A stretch of DNA of 50,436 nucleotides from assembly GCA_029561735.1 (NCBI GenBank), contig JAKQWZ010000016.1:1-50436 (forward strand). Direction: 5' to 3'. The position numbers and the translations under genes were made by a program. Positions 18,021 to 27,725 of the stretch are shown here, piece after piece. Position 1 is the stretch's first letter. Each line of letters begins with the position of its first letter. This DNA comes from Candidatus Omnitrophota bacterium (lineage in GTDB: Bacteria; Omnitrophota; Gorgyraeia; Gygaellales; Profunditerraquicolaceae). The notes under the pieces are model-generated. The model saw nothing but the letters and a program-made list of their open reading frames with translations, was not told where the DNA came from and ran no database searches.

Positions 18021-20228
18021 TTACGGATTTACCTGCGAGCCCGACTGAGGCTCTTTATAGCTCTGGTCAAATCCAAACTCAAGCTCTGGGAACGCCTTCA
18101 TCCTGAAAATCAGCCAGATAGTATTTCCTTCCCATTTCTTCCGGTTAAAAGTAAAATCCATTTGCCAGCAGTGCAGGTCGCGCGAAATAGTATACTCCTG
18201 CTCTCTTATGCCTCTGGGCAGCCCAGGCTGATGCCCGACATTCCTGCGCTGATACATTGAAAACCGCCACTTAGGATTAAGCCGCCAATTAAGATTAAAC
18301 GTTATTTCATTGCCGCCTTTTAATTGATACCTCTGGCCCAGCCCCACAGAGCGCTCCCTGCCCAAATCAAAATAAAGGTCATAATTAACGTCATTAAAGC
18401 TGTTGTACCCAACCGAATCCCGGGCGCCGGAATGCTTATAGTTTGCAGTTGACTCAAGCCTCATCCAGGAAAAAGGCAGCACCTTTAACTGGAAATAAAA
18501 ATCCTGAAAACTACTGCCTCTTTTTTCGCCGGTTTTCGGTTTAATATTATAACTTGTGGTCACCAGAAAATCGACTAAGTCAACACTTACCCCTTTTCTT
18601 TTGGTCTGCAGCTTATTCTGCAGCCCTATACTGACATAATGGCTGCCGGTGAGCGCATCCAGCCCGTCAAGCTGCTTCAGGTTACTGGCCGGTACCGTAG
18701 GGGTATGATTGTAATAATAATTTGCCGTCGGAGTAATAATATGCCTGAGGGCGTTGATATCAAGCCCGAAAATATTAGTTTTAACGTTAAAAACACGGTA
18801 GAATTTCGTGCTGATATCTGCTCCGGCTTTAAACATAGTGCGCACTACGTGAGATTGCCCGTTTGCTCCTTTGTCATAAACTGTCTCCTGGCTGCCTACA
18901 TTAGGCCTGAATTCAAAAATTGATACTTTTAGCGGATAAGAAAACTGGTTTACAGTATCAAAACGCGATACTGTTATATCTTTAGGCGATGCCTTGGAAT
19001 TATACACGCCCGAAGTCGTAGTGCTATTAAAATAAAAACGGCTGTTACCCATGCGCACATTAGGCATAGTGTATTTTAATTCAGGCATTTTGTTTTGCTG
19101 GTCAAACCAGTGGTTATTTCTCACCTGCATCAAAACGTCCAAAGCGGAATAGCTATAGGACTGGTGGAATAACGCATAGGTCAAAGGCTGCTCATCCCTC
19201 TCGTATTCTCTCTGGAAATAATCCCTTAAAAAACTGATTCCCGGGCCTTTTATTTTATTCTTCTGGTCGCTTATCTGATAATATTCCCCAACAATGTTGG
19301 TGCGCTCATTGATATCCCATTTATGCCTTAAGCGGGTAAAATATCTCTGGTAGTGTTTCGGGTCCGCAGGCAGACGGGTAGCTTCATCCTGCCTCTCCTG
19401 CGTATAATAAACTTTGAAGTCGCCTTTTCCGAAGAATTCCGTATCATAGTTAGCCAGAACGCCTCCGGCAGTGCCCAGCTTTGACCTGTAATCAAGCATA
19501 AGCAGGCCTTTTAAATTTTTGTTCAGGTTATACCGGTATGCCGACAATACGTACGCTCCCCAATCTTTGCTGCTTCCCGGGCTGATCGGCAGGCGCATCC
19601 ACGGATCATCAAAATTATGGTTATACTCCGGCATATAAAGCACAGGCGCTTTATTGACATACATAGTTGTATCAGTAAGGTTTACTTTTTTACCCGGGAA
19701 AAAATTAACCCTTCCGGTCATTAATTTATAATGCGGATCATCAAAGCTGCAGGTAGAAACATAACTGCGGCGGGCGATAAATTCATCAGGGCTGACTTTT
19801 TCCATCCTTTCGGCTTTACCAAAAAAAGGATTGGACATAAATTTAGCGTCATAGATAATCCCCGTTTTAGTAATAAAATTATAGGTAATCTTCTGGCCTT
19901 CAATAATGCCCTGTTTCTCGGCAAGGCGGACATTTCCTTCGGCGCGGCACTCTTTGGTCTGGGTGTTTACAACCAGTTTCTGACAGGTCAGCTTGGTATC
20001 TTTGAATATTATCTCTACATTGCCGGTTGCAATAGCTTCATTACTGGAAGCATCAAATTCAACAGTATCCCCGTTCAGGGTGATTGGCTGGGGAACTGGC
20101 TTGCTTACCGGCTTTTCTTCCTCTGCAGGGCAATTAAACGGGAAAATCCCGGATACTGCCATAATAAGAAAAAATATAACCAGTATTTTCCGGGAAAAGG
20201 CAAATATATTATATTTAATCTGCGGCAT
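18021..20228 (-). CDS. lptD: LPS-assembly protein LptD (OstA jellyroll plus beta-barrel)
   Basis: N-terminal hydrophobic signal, OstA-like ATGNVEI..AEGNVRL, STC..DDPHY, aromatic-rich barrel strands, C-terminal RDLHCW. Confidence 0.85.
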   Translation of the reverse strand: MPQIKYNIFAFSRKILVIFFLIMAVSGIFPFNCPAEEEKPVSKPVPQPITLNGDTVEFDASSNEAIATGNVEIIFKDTKLTCQKLVVNTQTKECRAEGNVRLAEKQGIIEGQKITYNFITKTGIIYDAKFMSNPFFGKAERMEKVSPDEFIARRSYVSTCSFDDPHYKLMTGRVNFFPGKKVNLTDTTMYVNKAPVLYMPEYNHNFDDPWMRLPISPGSSKDWGAYVLSAYRYNLNKNLKGLLMLDYRSKLGTAGGVLANYDTEFFGKGDFKVYYTQERQDEATRLPADPKHYQRYFTRLRHKWDINERTNIVGEYYQISDQKNKIKGPGISFLRDYFQREYERDEQPLTYALFHQSYSYSALDVLMQVRNNHWFDQQNKMPELKYTMPNVRMGNSRFYFNSTTTSGVYNSKASPKDITVSRFDTVNQFSYPLKVSIFEFRPNVGSQETVYDKGANGQSHVVRTMFKAGADISTKFYRVFNVKTNIFGLDINALRHIITPTANYYYNHTPTVPASNLKQLDGLDALTGSHYVSIGLQNKLQTKRKGVSVDLVDFLVTTSYNIKPKTGEKRGSSFQDFYFQLKVLPFSWMRLESTANYKHSGARDSVGYNSFNDVNYDLYFDLGRERSVGLGQRYQLKGGNEITFNLNWRLNPKWRFSMYQRRNVGHQPGLPRGIREQEYTISRDLHCWQMDFTFNRKKWEGNTIWLIFRMKAFPELEFGFDQSYKEPQSGSQVNP

Positions 20229-20873
20229 TTATTTGGGTATTTTTTTATGGTCTTCCAAAAATTTCTTGATCCCTATGTCTGTCAGCGGATGCCTGACAAG
20301 CTGCTCAATGACTGAAAACGGTATTGTGGCGATATCCGCACCCAACTTTGCCGCATCAACTACATGCAAAGGATTGCGCACAGACGCGACTATTATCCGG
20401 GTTTTAAAACCGTAGTTTGAATAAATCTTTTTTATATCCGCGATCAAATCCATTCCGCAGGAACCGGTGTCATCAATCCTGCCGATAAACGGCGAAACAT
20501 AATCCGCCCCTACCTTTGCCGCCAATAAAGCCTGGGCAGCAGAAAAACACAAAGTAACGTTGGTCTTAATGCCTTCGGCAGAAAGGATACTCACTGCCTT
20601 AAGCGCATCTTTGACTAAAGGTAATTTTATTACAATGTTATCGGATATCTTTGCCAGGCTTCTGGCTTCTTTTACCATACTCTCGGCGTCAAGGCCGATT
20701 ACTTCAGCGCTTACCGGGCCGCGGACCAGAGAAGTAATCTCCTTTAAGAGGGCGTCTGACTTTTTATTCTCCCGGGCAATAAGGCTGGGGTTAGTGGTTA
20801 CCCCGTCAACAATGCCAAACTCTGATGCCTCTTTAATTTCTTTGACATTAGCCGTATCAATAAAAAACTTCAT
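20229..20873 (-). CDS. tal: Transaldolase (small TalC/FSA family)
   Basis: FIDTAN, TTNPSL, Schiff-base KLP; SAEV (Glu) and YVSPF (Phe) favour transaldolase over FSA. Confidence 0.9.
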   Translation of the reverse strand: MKFFIDTANVKEIKEASEFGIVDGVTTNPSLIARENKKSDALLKEITSLVRGPVSAEVIGLDAESMVKEARSLAKISDNIVIKLPLVKDALKAVSILSAEGIKTNVTLCFSAAQALLAAKVGADYVSPFIGRIDDTGSCGMDLIADIKKIYSNYGFKTRIIVASVRNPLHVVDAAKLGADIATIPFSVIEQLVRHPLTDIGIKKFLEDHKKIPK

Positions 20874-21796
20874 ACCGAGCTGCCCTCCCTGGCGAAAATT
20901 GCCGCACCGATCATCCCGGCATCACTGCCTAATTTAGCCCTGAGTATCTTAACCCGTTTAGCCTGCACGGGCATGGCCTGTTCTGAAACTACTTTTCTTA
21001 CTTTTTTAAATATCAGTTCGCCGGCTTCAGCTATGCCGCCGCCTATAACAATTTTTTCCAGGTTCAAAAGGTTCACAACCGCAACTAAGGCCCTGCCCAG
21101 GTATAAACCTACATCATCCCATATCTTTTGGGCTTTTTTATTGCCGTGGTTAGCCATCCTGCTCAATTCCTCCAGCGCGATCTTGCGGCCAAATTCCTTT
21201 TCTACTTTCTGCATAATCCGGTTATTGCCGATATAAGCTTCCAGGCAGGCAATCCCGCCGCAATTGCATTTCGGGCCAAAGATATTCACCGGTAAATGGC
21301 CCAGCTCTCCTGCGGCAAAACTGGAACCGCGGTATAATTTGTTTTGGATAATTATTCCTGCGCCTACCCCTGTGCCTAAAGTCAGGCACATAGCATTATC
21401 AGCGCCTTTTGCAGCACCCAGCCTGTATTCAGCCAGGCTCATCAGGTTTGCGTCATTATCAAGCCTTACCGGAATCCTGATTTTTTTCTCCAGTATTTTT
21501 TTTAAATTAACATTCTTCCAGCCCGGAATATTTGGAAAGAAATGCACCAGGCCTGCCTGCGCATCAACCGGGCCGGGAAGCCCGATGCCTACTGCGCATA
21601 CCTGCCTAAGATTTAATTTATTATCCGCCAGCACTATCCCTACGGAATCCGCAATGGCAGATATCAGCTGACTTCTTGCGGAATAATTCCGCGTACTTAA
21701 TATGCGCTTACTAATAATTTTATAATTCCGGTTTAAAAGGGAGATCTTCAGGTTGGTCCCCCCGAGATCTATCCCTATAACAAATTTGGCTGTCAT
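20870..21796 (-). CDS. ROK family sugar kinase (glucokinase-like)
   Basis: GIDLGGT, DNDAN, TLGTGVG, ELGH, CNCG...CLE; no N-terminal HTH. Confidence 0.92.
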   Translation of the reverse strand: MTAKFVIGIDLGGTNLKISLLNRNYKIISKRILSTRNYSARSQLISAIADSVGIVLADNKLNLRQVCAVGIGLPGPVDAQAGLVHFFPNIPGWKNVNLKKILEKKIRIPVRLDNDANLMSLAEYRLGAAKGADNAMCLTLGTGVGAGIIIQNKLYRGSSFAAGELGHLPVNIFGPKCNCGGIACLEAYIGNNRIMQKVEKEFGRKIALEELSRMANHGNKKAQKIWDDVGLYLGRALVAVVNLLNLEKIVIGGGIAEAGELIFKKVRKVVSEQAMPVQAKRVKILRAKLGSDAGMIGAAIFAREGSSV

Positions 21797-21804
21797 AGTG
21801 AATT

Positions 21805-21833
21805 ATTTTATACGAAAGTGATTAGTATTGCAA
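21805..21833 (-). promoter_or_regulatory. Sigma70-type promoter for ROK-tal-lptD-UDP-sugar genes
   Basis: Minus strand TTGCAA-17 nt-TAAAAT; only 8 nt between the -10 and the ATG. Confidence 0.6.
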
Positions 21834-21849
21834 GAGATATGTGCGTGAT

Positions 21850-22860
21850 TTATTGGCCGCAGCAGCAGACTTTATTCTTTCCGGTTTGCTTAGCGCGGTA
21901 AAGCGCCTGATCCGCCTTTTCAATAATCGTCTGGATGCTTTTTCCGTCTTTCGGAAAAGCCGAAATTCCGATGCTGACCGCCACTCTCAAGTCTTCGTCA
22001 TAGACTTTTATCAGTTTATTTTCCACAGCCTGACGGATACGTTCTGCTGCAATCAAAGACTGTTCCCTGTCAGTTTCAGGCAGGATAAGAGAAAATTCTT
22101 CGCCGCCGTAGCGCCCGACAAGGTCGACCTGGCGGATATTCTCTTTTATGGCCCTTGCGATCTCCCGCAATACCGCATCTCCGACGAGATGGCCATAACG
22201 GTCATTGTAAGTTTTAAAATTATCAATATCCAGCATAAAAAACGAAAATGCATGCTTATATTTTTTAGAGCGCTCTAATTCCTCTTTTAGCCTTTCCAGA
22301 AAGTACCTGCGGCTGAATACCTGAGTCAGGCTGTCAGATATTGCCAGCTCCTGTACTTTTTTATAAAGCATGGCTCTTTTTATGCCTAAAAGGAACTGCT
22401 GCGCCAAGATATGAAATTTATTGATCTCGTTGGGATCCAGGCCGCTGACTGCCAGATAGCCAAGCTGGTTAGTATCAATCTTGAGCGGCAGCCTGACATA
22501 ATCCTGCTCTTCAGCCAGCTCGTCGCCGGGTTTGAGAAACCTGCAATCACGCACGCTCACATACTTATTTATCTCTTTACAAAAAGTCTGGAACACCTGC
22601 TCTTCGTCAAGCGTGCGGCAGATATTCTTAGTTATATCAAAAAGCGCCACTGTCTCTTCAACTATCCGTTCAAGGTCATTATTTATTTTCCTTAATTTAT
22701 CATTTTCACAACTTAGCTCCTCACAGACAGCGGCATCGCTTGAACGACCGGCATCAACAGCGCATACCCCTAAAGCAAGCATACGCTTGAGGTAAAGGAC
22801 CAGAAATAAAGTCAAAAGCACCAGAAGTATATTAAAAAAGGCGCTGGCCATATTAAACAC
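21850..22860 (-). CDS. Membrane-anchored diguanylate cyclase (TM-coiled coil-small GAF-like-GGDEF)
   Basis: DSLT, DIDNFK.YND.YGH..GD, RQVD I-site, GGEEF; start GTG 22860 or ATG 22851. Confidence 0.92.
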   Translation of the reverse strand: MFNMASAFFNILLVLLTLFLVLYLKRMLALGVCAVDAGRSSDAAVCEELSCENDKLRKINNDLERIVEETVALFDITKNICRTLDEEQVFQTFCKEINKYVSVRDCRFLKPGDELAEEQDYVRLPLKIDTNQLGYLAVSGLDPNEINKFHILAQQFLLGIKRAMLYKKVQELAISDSLTQVFSRRYFLERLKEELERSKKYKHAFSFFMLDIDNFKTYNDRYGHLVGDAVLREIARAIKENIRQVDLVGRYGGEEFSLILPETDREQSLIAAERIRQAVENKLIKVYDEDLRVAVSIGISAFPKDGKSIQTIIEKADQALYRAKQTGKNKVCCCGQ

Positions 22861-24196
22861 TGTTTACCCTGTTTCTTCCGCTTTGTTTTGCCGCATACAA
22901 AGCCTTGTCTGCCTGCAAAATTAATTCATTTCCTTCGGCTGCGTTTTCCGGAAAACTAGCCACTCCAATGGATACCGTCACCTGAGTCTCGTGCCTACGC
23001 AGCATTATTTTATTTTTCTCAATCTTTAAACGGATATCTTCGGCTATTTCCAAAGCAGCATTTTTCTGGCAGCGCGGCAAAATTACGCAAAACTCTTCTC
23101 CGCCAAACCTGCTTACAATCGGATTAAATTTTTTCAGCTGCTCCTCCAGCGCCCGGGCCAGCCGGATAAGAACAAGGTCTCCTGCAGTATGCCCGAACCT
23201 GTCGTTATAATCTTTAAAAAAATCAATATCCAGCATTAAAAGAGACAGGTTAGCGCTATCCCTTAAGGCCCGGGAACACTCTTCTTTAAGCCTCTCCATA
23301 AAGTAGCCCCTAACATAGAGCCGTGTCAGGCCGTCATGAATAGCAAGATCCTGCGTTTTCTGAAAAAGCTCTCCATTTTCAATTGCCACTGCCCCCAATT
23401 CGCATATAGTGGCCAAAAAACGCAGATCATCCTGAGAATAGAAATTAGGATGCTGGCTATCCAGCCTTAATATGCCTAAAAGCCGGTTTTCGCTTAAAAA
23501 AGGCGCGCTAATCAGCGATAAAACCGGCCGGACTGACTGGCCTTTTAACTTTTCCGGGTCAAAACGGAAATCTTTGCGCGCATCCTCTACAATCAGGGGG
23601 CTGTTATGCCTTAGCACCCAAAAATCAAAAATATCCCCTTCCTTGGCTTTAATAACAAGCGCTTCGTCTTCTTTTTTGGCGGTAAATACTTTTAACCGCT
23701 GAGAACGCTCGTCAACAAGATAAAGCACGCAAAGGCCTTTATTGCCCGAAATAAGCTTGAAAGCTAAATAACAAAGTTGTTCGGCGATTTTTTCAAGCGA
23801 TAAATTCTGGTTTATCTGCTCAATGATATCCTTAAGACTGTTATAACGGCTGGATTTACTCATGAGGATCTGCTGCTGCTTTCTCTGCTTAGCCATTTCT
23901 TCGGTAAGCAGGTTGATATTTTCATGCAGGTCCTGTTTATTTATTTCAATGCGGCACCGGCGCTGAAAGCTGGAATTTATCAGCATTATTGCGGCTGAAA
24001 AATTTATAAGGTAGAAAAAAAGCAGGGAAAAAACAGGGATAGGCCTTATGTAAAGGCTAAGCACTATGGGGATAACTATATAAAAAATCAGGATTGCCGC
24101 CAGATAGCAGATTATTCTTTGCTGCAGAGGAATTCTTTCTTGACGGGCTAAAATTTGATCAAGGTTATATGATAGTCTCTTCTGTATCCTTATCAA
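22853..24196 (-). CDS. Membrane-anchored GAF-GGDEF diguanylate cyclase
   Basis: Two TM segments, coiled coil, GAF (SLISAPF...GILRL...YSQDDL), DGLT, DIDFFK, GGEEF; start codon uncertain (TTG 24196). Confidence 0.9.
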   Translation of the reverse strand: MIRIQKRLSYNLDQILARQERIPLQQRIICYLAAILIFYIVIPIVLSLYIRPIPVFSLLFFYLINFSAAIMLINSSFQRRCRIEINKQDLHENINLLTEEMAKQRKQQQILMSKSSRYNSLKDIIEQINQNLSLEKIAEQLCYLAFKLISGNKGLCVLYLVDERSQRLKVFTAKKEDEALVIKAKEGDIFDFWVLRHNSPLIVEDARKDFRFDPEKLKGQSVRPVLSLISAPFLSENRLLGILRLDSQHPNFYSQDDLRFLATICELGAVAIENGELFQKTQDLAIHDGLTRLYVRGYFMERLKEECSRALRDSANLSLLMLDIDFFKDYNDRFGHTAGDLVLIRLARALEEQLKKFNPIVSRFGGEEFCVILPRCQKNAALEIAEDIRLKIEKNKIMLRRHETQVTVSIGVASFPENAAEGNELILQADKALYAAKQSGRNRVNSV

Positions 24197-25268
24197 AGAA
24201 GTGCACCTTGCTCATATCAAATACGACATCCATGTCCTGATTGACATTCGGCCGGTCGTGAGCTCCGACCCGGGCGATAAAAGTGTGCCTTCCGGTATTC
24301 AAATACAAGTAGACTTCCGAACCCATCGGCTCGGCTACTTCACAGGTGACCCTGACAATATTCTCGGCAGGCGCCTGCGAAACAAATAATTTGTCATAAA
24401 TATCTTCCGAACGTATGCCAAAAATAATATCCTTACCCAGATAAGGCTTGATCTTGGTTAACATATCTTCCACCAGCTTGACCTTTATCTTTCCTTCGTC
24501 AAAATAGATCCTGCCCTCTTTTTGGATAATCCTGCCGTTCATAAAATTCATCGGGGGAGACCCGATGAAACCGGCTACAAATTTATTCTTAGGGTAATCG
24601 TAGACCGTGATCGGATCTGCCAGCTGCTGTAACAGCCCGCCCTTCATTACGGCAATCCTGTCGCCCATAGTCATAGCTTCAGTCTGGTCATGGGTAACAT
24701 AAATAATAGTGGTCTGGAGCCTGATATGCAGTTTATGTATCTCGGTGCGCATCTGAACCCTTAACTTAGCGTCAAGGTTGCTCAAAGGCTCATCAAATAA
24801 AAATACCATAGGTTTTCTGACTATTGCCCTGCCTACAGCTACCCTTTGGCGTTCGCCTCCGGAAAGCTCTTTAGGCTTACGCGCTAAAAGGTGCTTAATT
24901 CCGAGTATGTCCGCAGCCTCATTAACGCGTAAAACAATTTCAGCTTTAGAATAGTGGCGTAATTTCAACGCAAAGGCCATGTTTTCAAAAACAGTCATAT
25001 GAGGATAAAGCGCATAATTCTGGAAAACCATGGCTATATCGCGGTCTTTGGCCGGGACATCATTCACAATTTTATCCCCGATATAAATCAACCCCTCGCT
25101 TATATCTTCTAGCCCGGCTATCATCCTTAATGTTGTGGATTTACCGCAACCTGAAGGGCCGACCAAAACCATAAATTCTTTATTTTGCACCCCTAAGCTC
25201 ACCCGGTTTACCGCGCGAACATTTCCAGGGTAAATCTTAGACACTTCCCGCAAACTTACTTGAGCCAT
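24165..25268 (-). CDS. Carbohydrate ABC transporter ATP-binding subunit (MalK/UgpC/MsmX type)
   Basis: GPSGCGKST, VFQNYALYPHM, LSGGERQR, DEPLSNLD, YVTHDQ, C-terminal TOBE/OB domain. Confidence 0.95.
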   Translation of the reverse strand: MAQVSLREVSKIYPGNVRAVNRVSLGVQNKEFMVLVGPSGCGKSTTLRMIAGLEDISEGLIYIGDKIVNDVPAKDRDIAMVFQNYALYPHMTVFENMAFALKLRHYSKAEIVLRVNEAADILGIKHLLARKPKELSGGERQRVAVGRAIVRKPMVFLFDEPLSNLDAKLRVQMRTEIHKLHIRLQTTIIYVTHDQTEAMTMGDRIAVMKGGLLQQLADPITVYDYPKNKFVAGFIGSPPMNFMNGRIIQKEGRIYFDEGKIKVKLVEDMLTKIKPYLGKDIIFGIRSEDIYDKLFVSQAPAENIVRVTCEVAEPMGSEVYLYLNTGRHTFIARVGAHDRPNVNQDMDVVFDMSKVHFFDKDTEETII

Positions 25269-25313
25269 CTAACCCTCTCTTATTAGTTAATTTCTGGATA
25301 ACAAAACGTTATT

Positions 25314-25341
25314 ATTATATCGCTTTAACTTAAATAGTCAA
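25314..25341 (-). promoter_or_regulatory. Sigma70-type promoter for ABC ATPase-DGC-DGC
   Basis: Minus strand TTGACT-16 nt-TATAAT, overlapping the accD 3' end. Confidence 0.6.
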
Positions 25342-26164
25342 GCAATTGGCTTATTGTATTTTTTAGATTCTTCCGGTGCACGATTTTATCAATCAGCCCG
25401 TGTTCCAGCAGGAATTCAGAACGCTGAAAACCATGGGGCAATTTCTGCCTTATGGTCTGCTCTATCACCCTTGGCCCGGTAAAACCTATCAGCGCTTTAG
25501 GCTCGGCAATGATAGCATCACCTATCCCGGCAAAAGACGCCATAATCCCGGCCATAGTAGGGTTGGTCAAAACCGAAATATACGCCAGGCCTGCTTTATT
25601 ATGATAGCTTAACGCAGCGCATGTCTTGGCCATCTGCATAAGGCTATACATCCCTTCATACATGCGCGCACCGCCACCGGAGCCGGAGACAATTACGACA
25701 GGTAATTTATTTTTAGTGGCATACTCAACAGCGCGGGTTATCTTCTCTCCTACCACAGACCCCATTGACCCCATAATAAAACGCGAATCAGTCACGGCCA
25801 AAACAATTTTTTTCCCTTCCAAGAGCCCCTCTGCGGTAACTACCGCATCCTTTAAGCCGGTAGCAGCCCTGTCCTGTTCAAGCTTTTCCTTATAGGTTTT
25901 TGGGCCTTTAAATTCAAGCGGGTCAGCCGATTTCATATCCTTGTCAAATTCGGCCATTGTATCTTTATCCAGCAGCATATTCACCCGCTCATATGAACCA
26001 AGCACAAAATGATAATTACATTTAGGGCAGACTTTGAAATTTTCCTCAAGCGTCTTATTAAAGAGTATCTCCGGGCACTCTTCGCATTTGGTCCAGAGCC
26101 CGTCAGGCATTTCTTTACGCCGTAATTTAACTACTGTGTATTTTTGCTTACCGAATAAAGCCAT
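25325..26164 (-). CDS. accD: Acetyl-CoA carboxylase carboxyltransferase beta subunit
   Basis: LWTKCEEC...CPKC Zn finger, GSMGSVVGEK, GGARMYEG, GFTGPRVIEQT, FQRSEFL. Confidence 0.96.
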   Translation of the reverse strand: MALFGKQKYTVVKLRRKEMPDGLWTKCEECPEILFNKTLEENFKVCPKCNYHFVLGSYERVNMLLDKDTMAEFDKDMKSADPLEFKGPKTYKEKLEQDRAATGLKDAVVTAEGLLEGKKIVLAVTDSRFIMGSMGSVVGEKITRAVEYATKNKLPVVIVSGSGGGARMYEGMYSLMQMAKTCAALSYHNKAGLAYISVLTNPTMAGIMASFAGIGDAIIAEPKALIGFTGPRVIEQTIRQKLPHGFQRSEFLLEHGLIDKIVHRKNLKNTISQLLDYLS

Positions 26165-26169
26165 AAACG

Positions 26170-27453
26170 CTATTCCTCGTCTAACCTGTTAATCACCAGC
26201 CCTGAAAGGACTTTAGGGTAAAAATATGTTGATTTGGGAGGCATGCGGCTTCCGGCAAGCGCCACATCAATTATCTGCTGCATTTTAACCGGATTCAGCA
26301 AAAAGCCGACGCTTGACTTGCTTGAGTCAACCCGGCGCTCAAGTTCATCGGGATCCTGTATAAATTCCACATTTTCTTTATTATCCAGCCCGAGCCCGAG
26401 AATAGAATCTAAAATTAAATGATTGAGTATAGAGACATCCAGCCAACGGTATACCGCAGGCCTGTCCGGCATCATCTTTTCAAGCGTTTTAATATTTTTC
26501 AAACGTAGCAGCCAGTATTTCTTATCCTTATAAAACCCAATAAGGTGTTCGGAACGGCCGCCTTTCTCCATAAGAAAGAAAAACTTAGATTTGTCTTTGA
26601 TTTCTTCTAAATCAAAAAATTCTTTTACTCTGGATTTAAATAATTCAATATCAAATTTGGACGGCAGTTTCACTAGGCGGTGGATAGGCAAGATAGTCAG
26701 GCCTAACGCATGGTCGCTGGTAAAATAACAGAGCACATAATTAAACGGCTCGTTGCCGTCCGATCCACTATACTTTTGCTTCATTAGATCCCTGTAGGCG
26801 CACCCTACTTCATAACGGTGGTGGCCGTCAGCAATAAAAACATCTTCGGCATCAACAGATGAGGTAATTTGTTTAATCAACTCAGGCGAATCTATCCTCC
26901 AAAGTTTGTGCCCAACGCCTTCGCTATCAACAATATCAATAAAGGGGCGCGATTGAGCGGCTAGGGATTTATAGGTCCTTGGAATAATCCGTTTCTGGTC
27001 CTGAAAAACCGCGAATATCGGGCTTAGGTTGGCCTTTACGGCTTTTACCAGCTTAAGCCTGTCTTCCTTAGCCTCTGAACGGGTATTTTCATGCGCAAAT
27101 ACCCGCGAATTATTTTCTTCCAGTTTTAAACGGGCGATAAAGCCTACCCGGGTCTTTTTTTCGCCTTTTACCTTATACTGCTGCTCATAAAAATAAATTG
27201 CCGGCTGCGTCTCCTGTATCAAAATATTTTTTTTCTTCCATTCATTAAATAATTCCGCGGCCTTGCGGTATTTATCTTCGTTGTCTGCGGCTTTGCTAAG
27301 CAGGATATGGATGAAATTTTCCGTACTCATCTTACGGTACTTTTCCTGCTGCTGGGCCGAGATAACGTCATATGGAGGGCAGACAACTTCGGCAAGGTCT
27401 TTGACTGTATCCTGATTATAGACAACAGCCCTAAACGGTTTTATTTTTGTCAT
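26170..27453 (-). CDS. DUF1015 family protein
   Basis: IKPFRA, CPPYDVIS, HENT, NLSPIF, IADGHHRYE, PIHR and MPPKSTYFYPK motifs. Confidence 0.9.
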   Translation of the reverse strand: MTKIKPFRAVVYNQDTVKDLAEVVCPPYDVISAQQQEKYRKMSTENFIHILLSKAADNEDKYRKAAELFNEWKKKNILIQETQPAIYFYEQQYKVKGEKKTRVGFIARLKLEENNSRVFAHENTRSEAKEDRLKLVKAVKANLSPIFAVFQDQKRIIPRTYKSLAAQSRPFIDIVDSEGVGHKLWRIDSPELIKQITSSVDAEDVFIADGHHRYEVGCAYRDLMKQKYSGSDGNEPFNYVLCYFTSDHALGLTILPIHRLVKLPSKFDIELFKSRVKEFFDLEEIKDKSKFFFLMEKGGRSEHLIGFYKDKKYWLLRLKNIKTLEKMMPDRPAVYRWLDVSILNHLILDSILGLGLDNKENVEFIQDPDELERRVDSSKSSVGFLLNPVKMQQIIDVALAGSRMPPKSTYFYPKVLSGLVINRLDEE

Positions 27454-27454
27454 A

Positions 27455-27709
27455 TTATTTTTTATGCGGGCAGGAATTACAGCCGTCCTTTGTTTTTGAA
27501 CATGATGGCGGGGCTACGGATGCAGGCTGCTTACGATAATCCGTAGCATAAAAACCCGAGCCTTTAAATATAAGGCCTGAGCCGCTGCTTATCAGGCGCT
27601 TGACCTTCTTATGGCATCTAGGGCACTTCTCCAGCGGTTTATCAGTCATCCTTTGAAAAGCTTCAAACTGATTTCCGCAATGCGGGCATTCATATTCATA
27701 AGTCGGCAT
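27455..27709 (-). CDS. FmdB-family zinc-ribbon protein
   Basis: MPTYEYECPHC...CPRC...FKGSGFYATDY with extra C-terminal Cys cluster; AAGGAG SD. Confidence 0.92.
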   Translation of the reverse strand: MPTYEYECPHCGNQFEAFQRMTDKPLEKCPRCHKKVKRLISSGSGLIFKGSGFYATDYRKQPASVAPPSCSKTKDGCNSCPHKK

Positions 27710-27725
27710 AAACTATACTCCTTAA

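Noticed and set aside
20226-20231. tal stop directly followed in frame by the lptD ATG (also trxA TAA-AAG-ATG), suggesting readthrough fusions or stop recoding
   Set aside because: The products are unrelated and LptD needs its own signal peptide; TAA, TAG and TGA all end genes at expected family termini, so the standard code applies
25292-25301. TTATCCAGA on the minus strand, resembling a DnaA box, also near 38126-38134
   Set aside because: Single mismatched copies with no cluster, DUE or dnaA context; the same 9-mer occurs inside coding sequence
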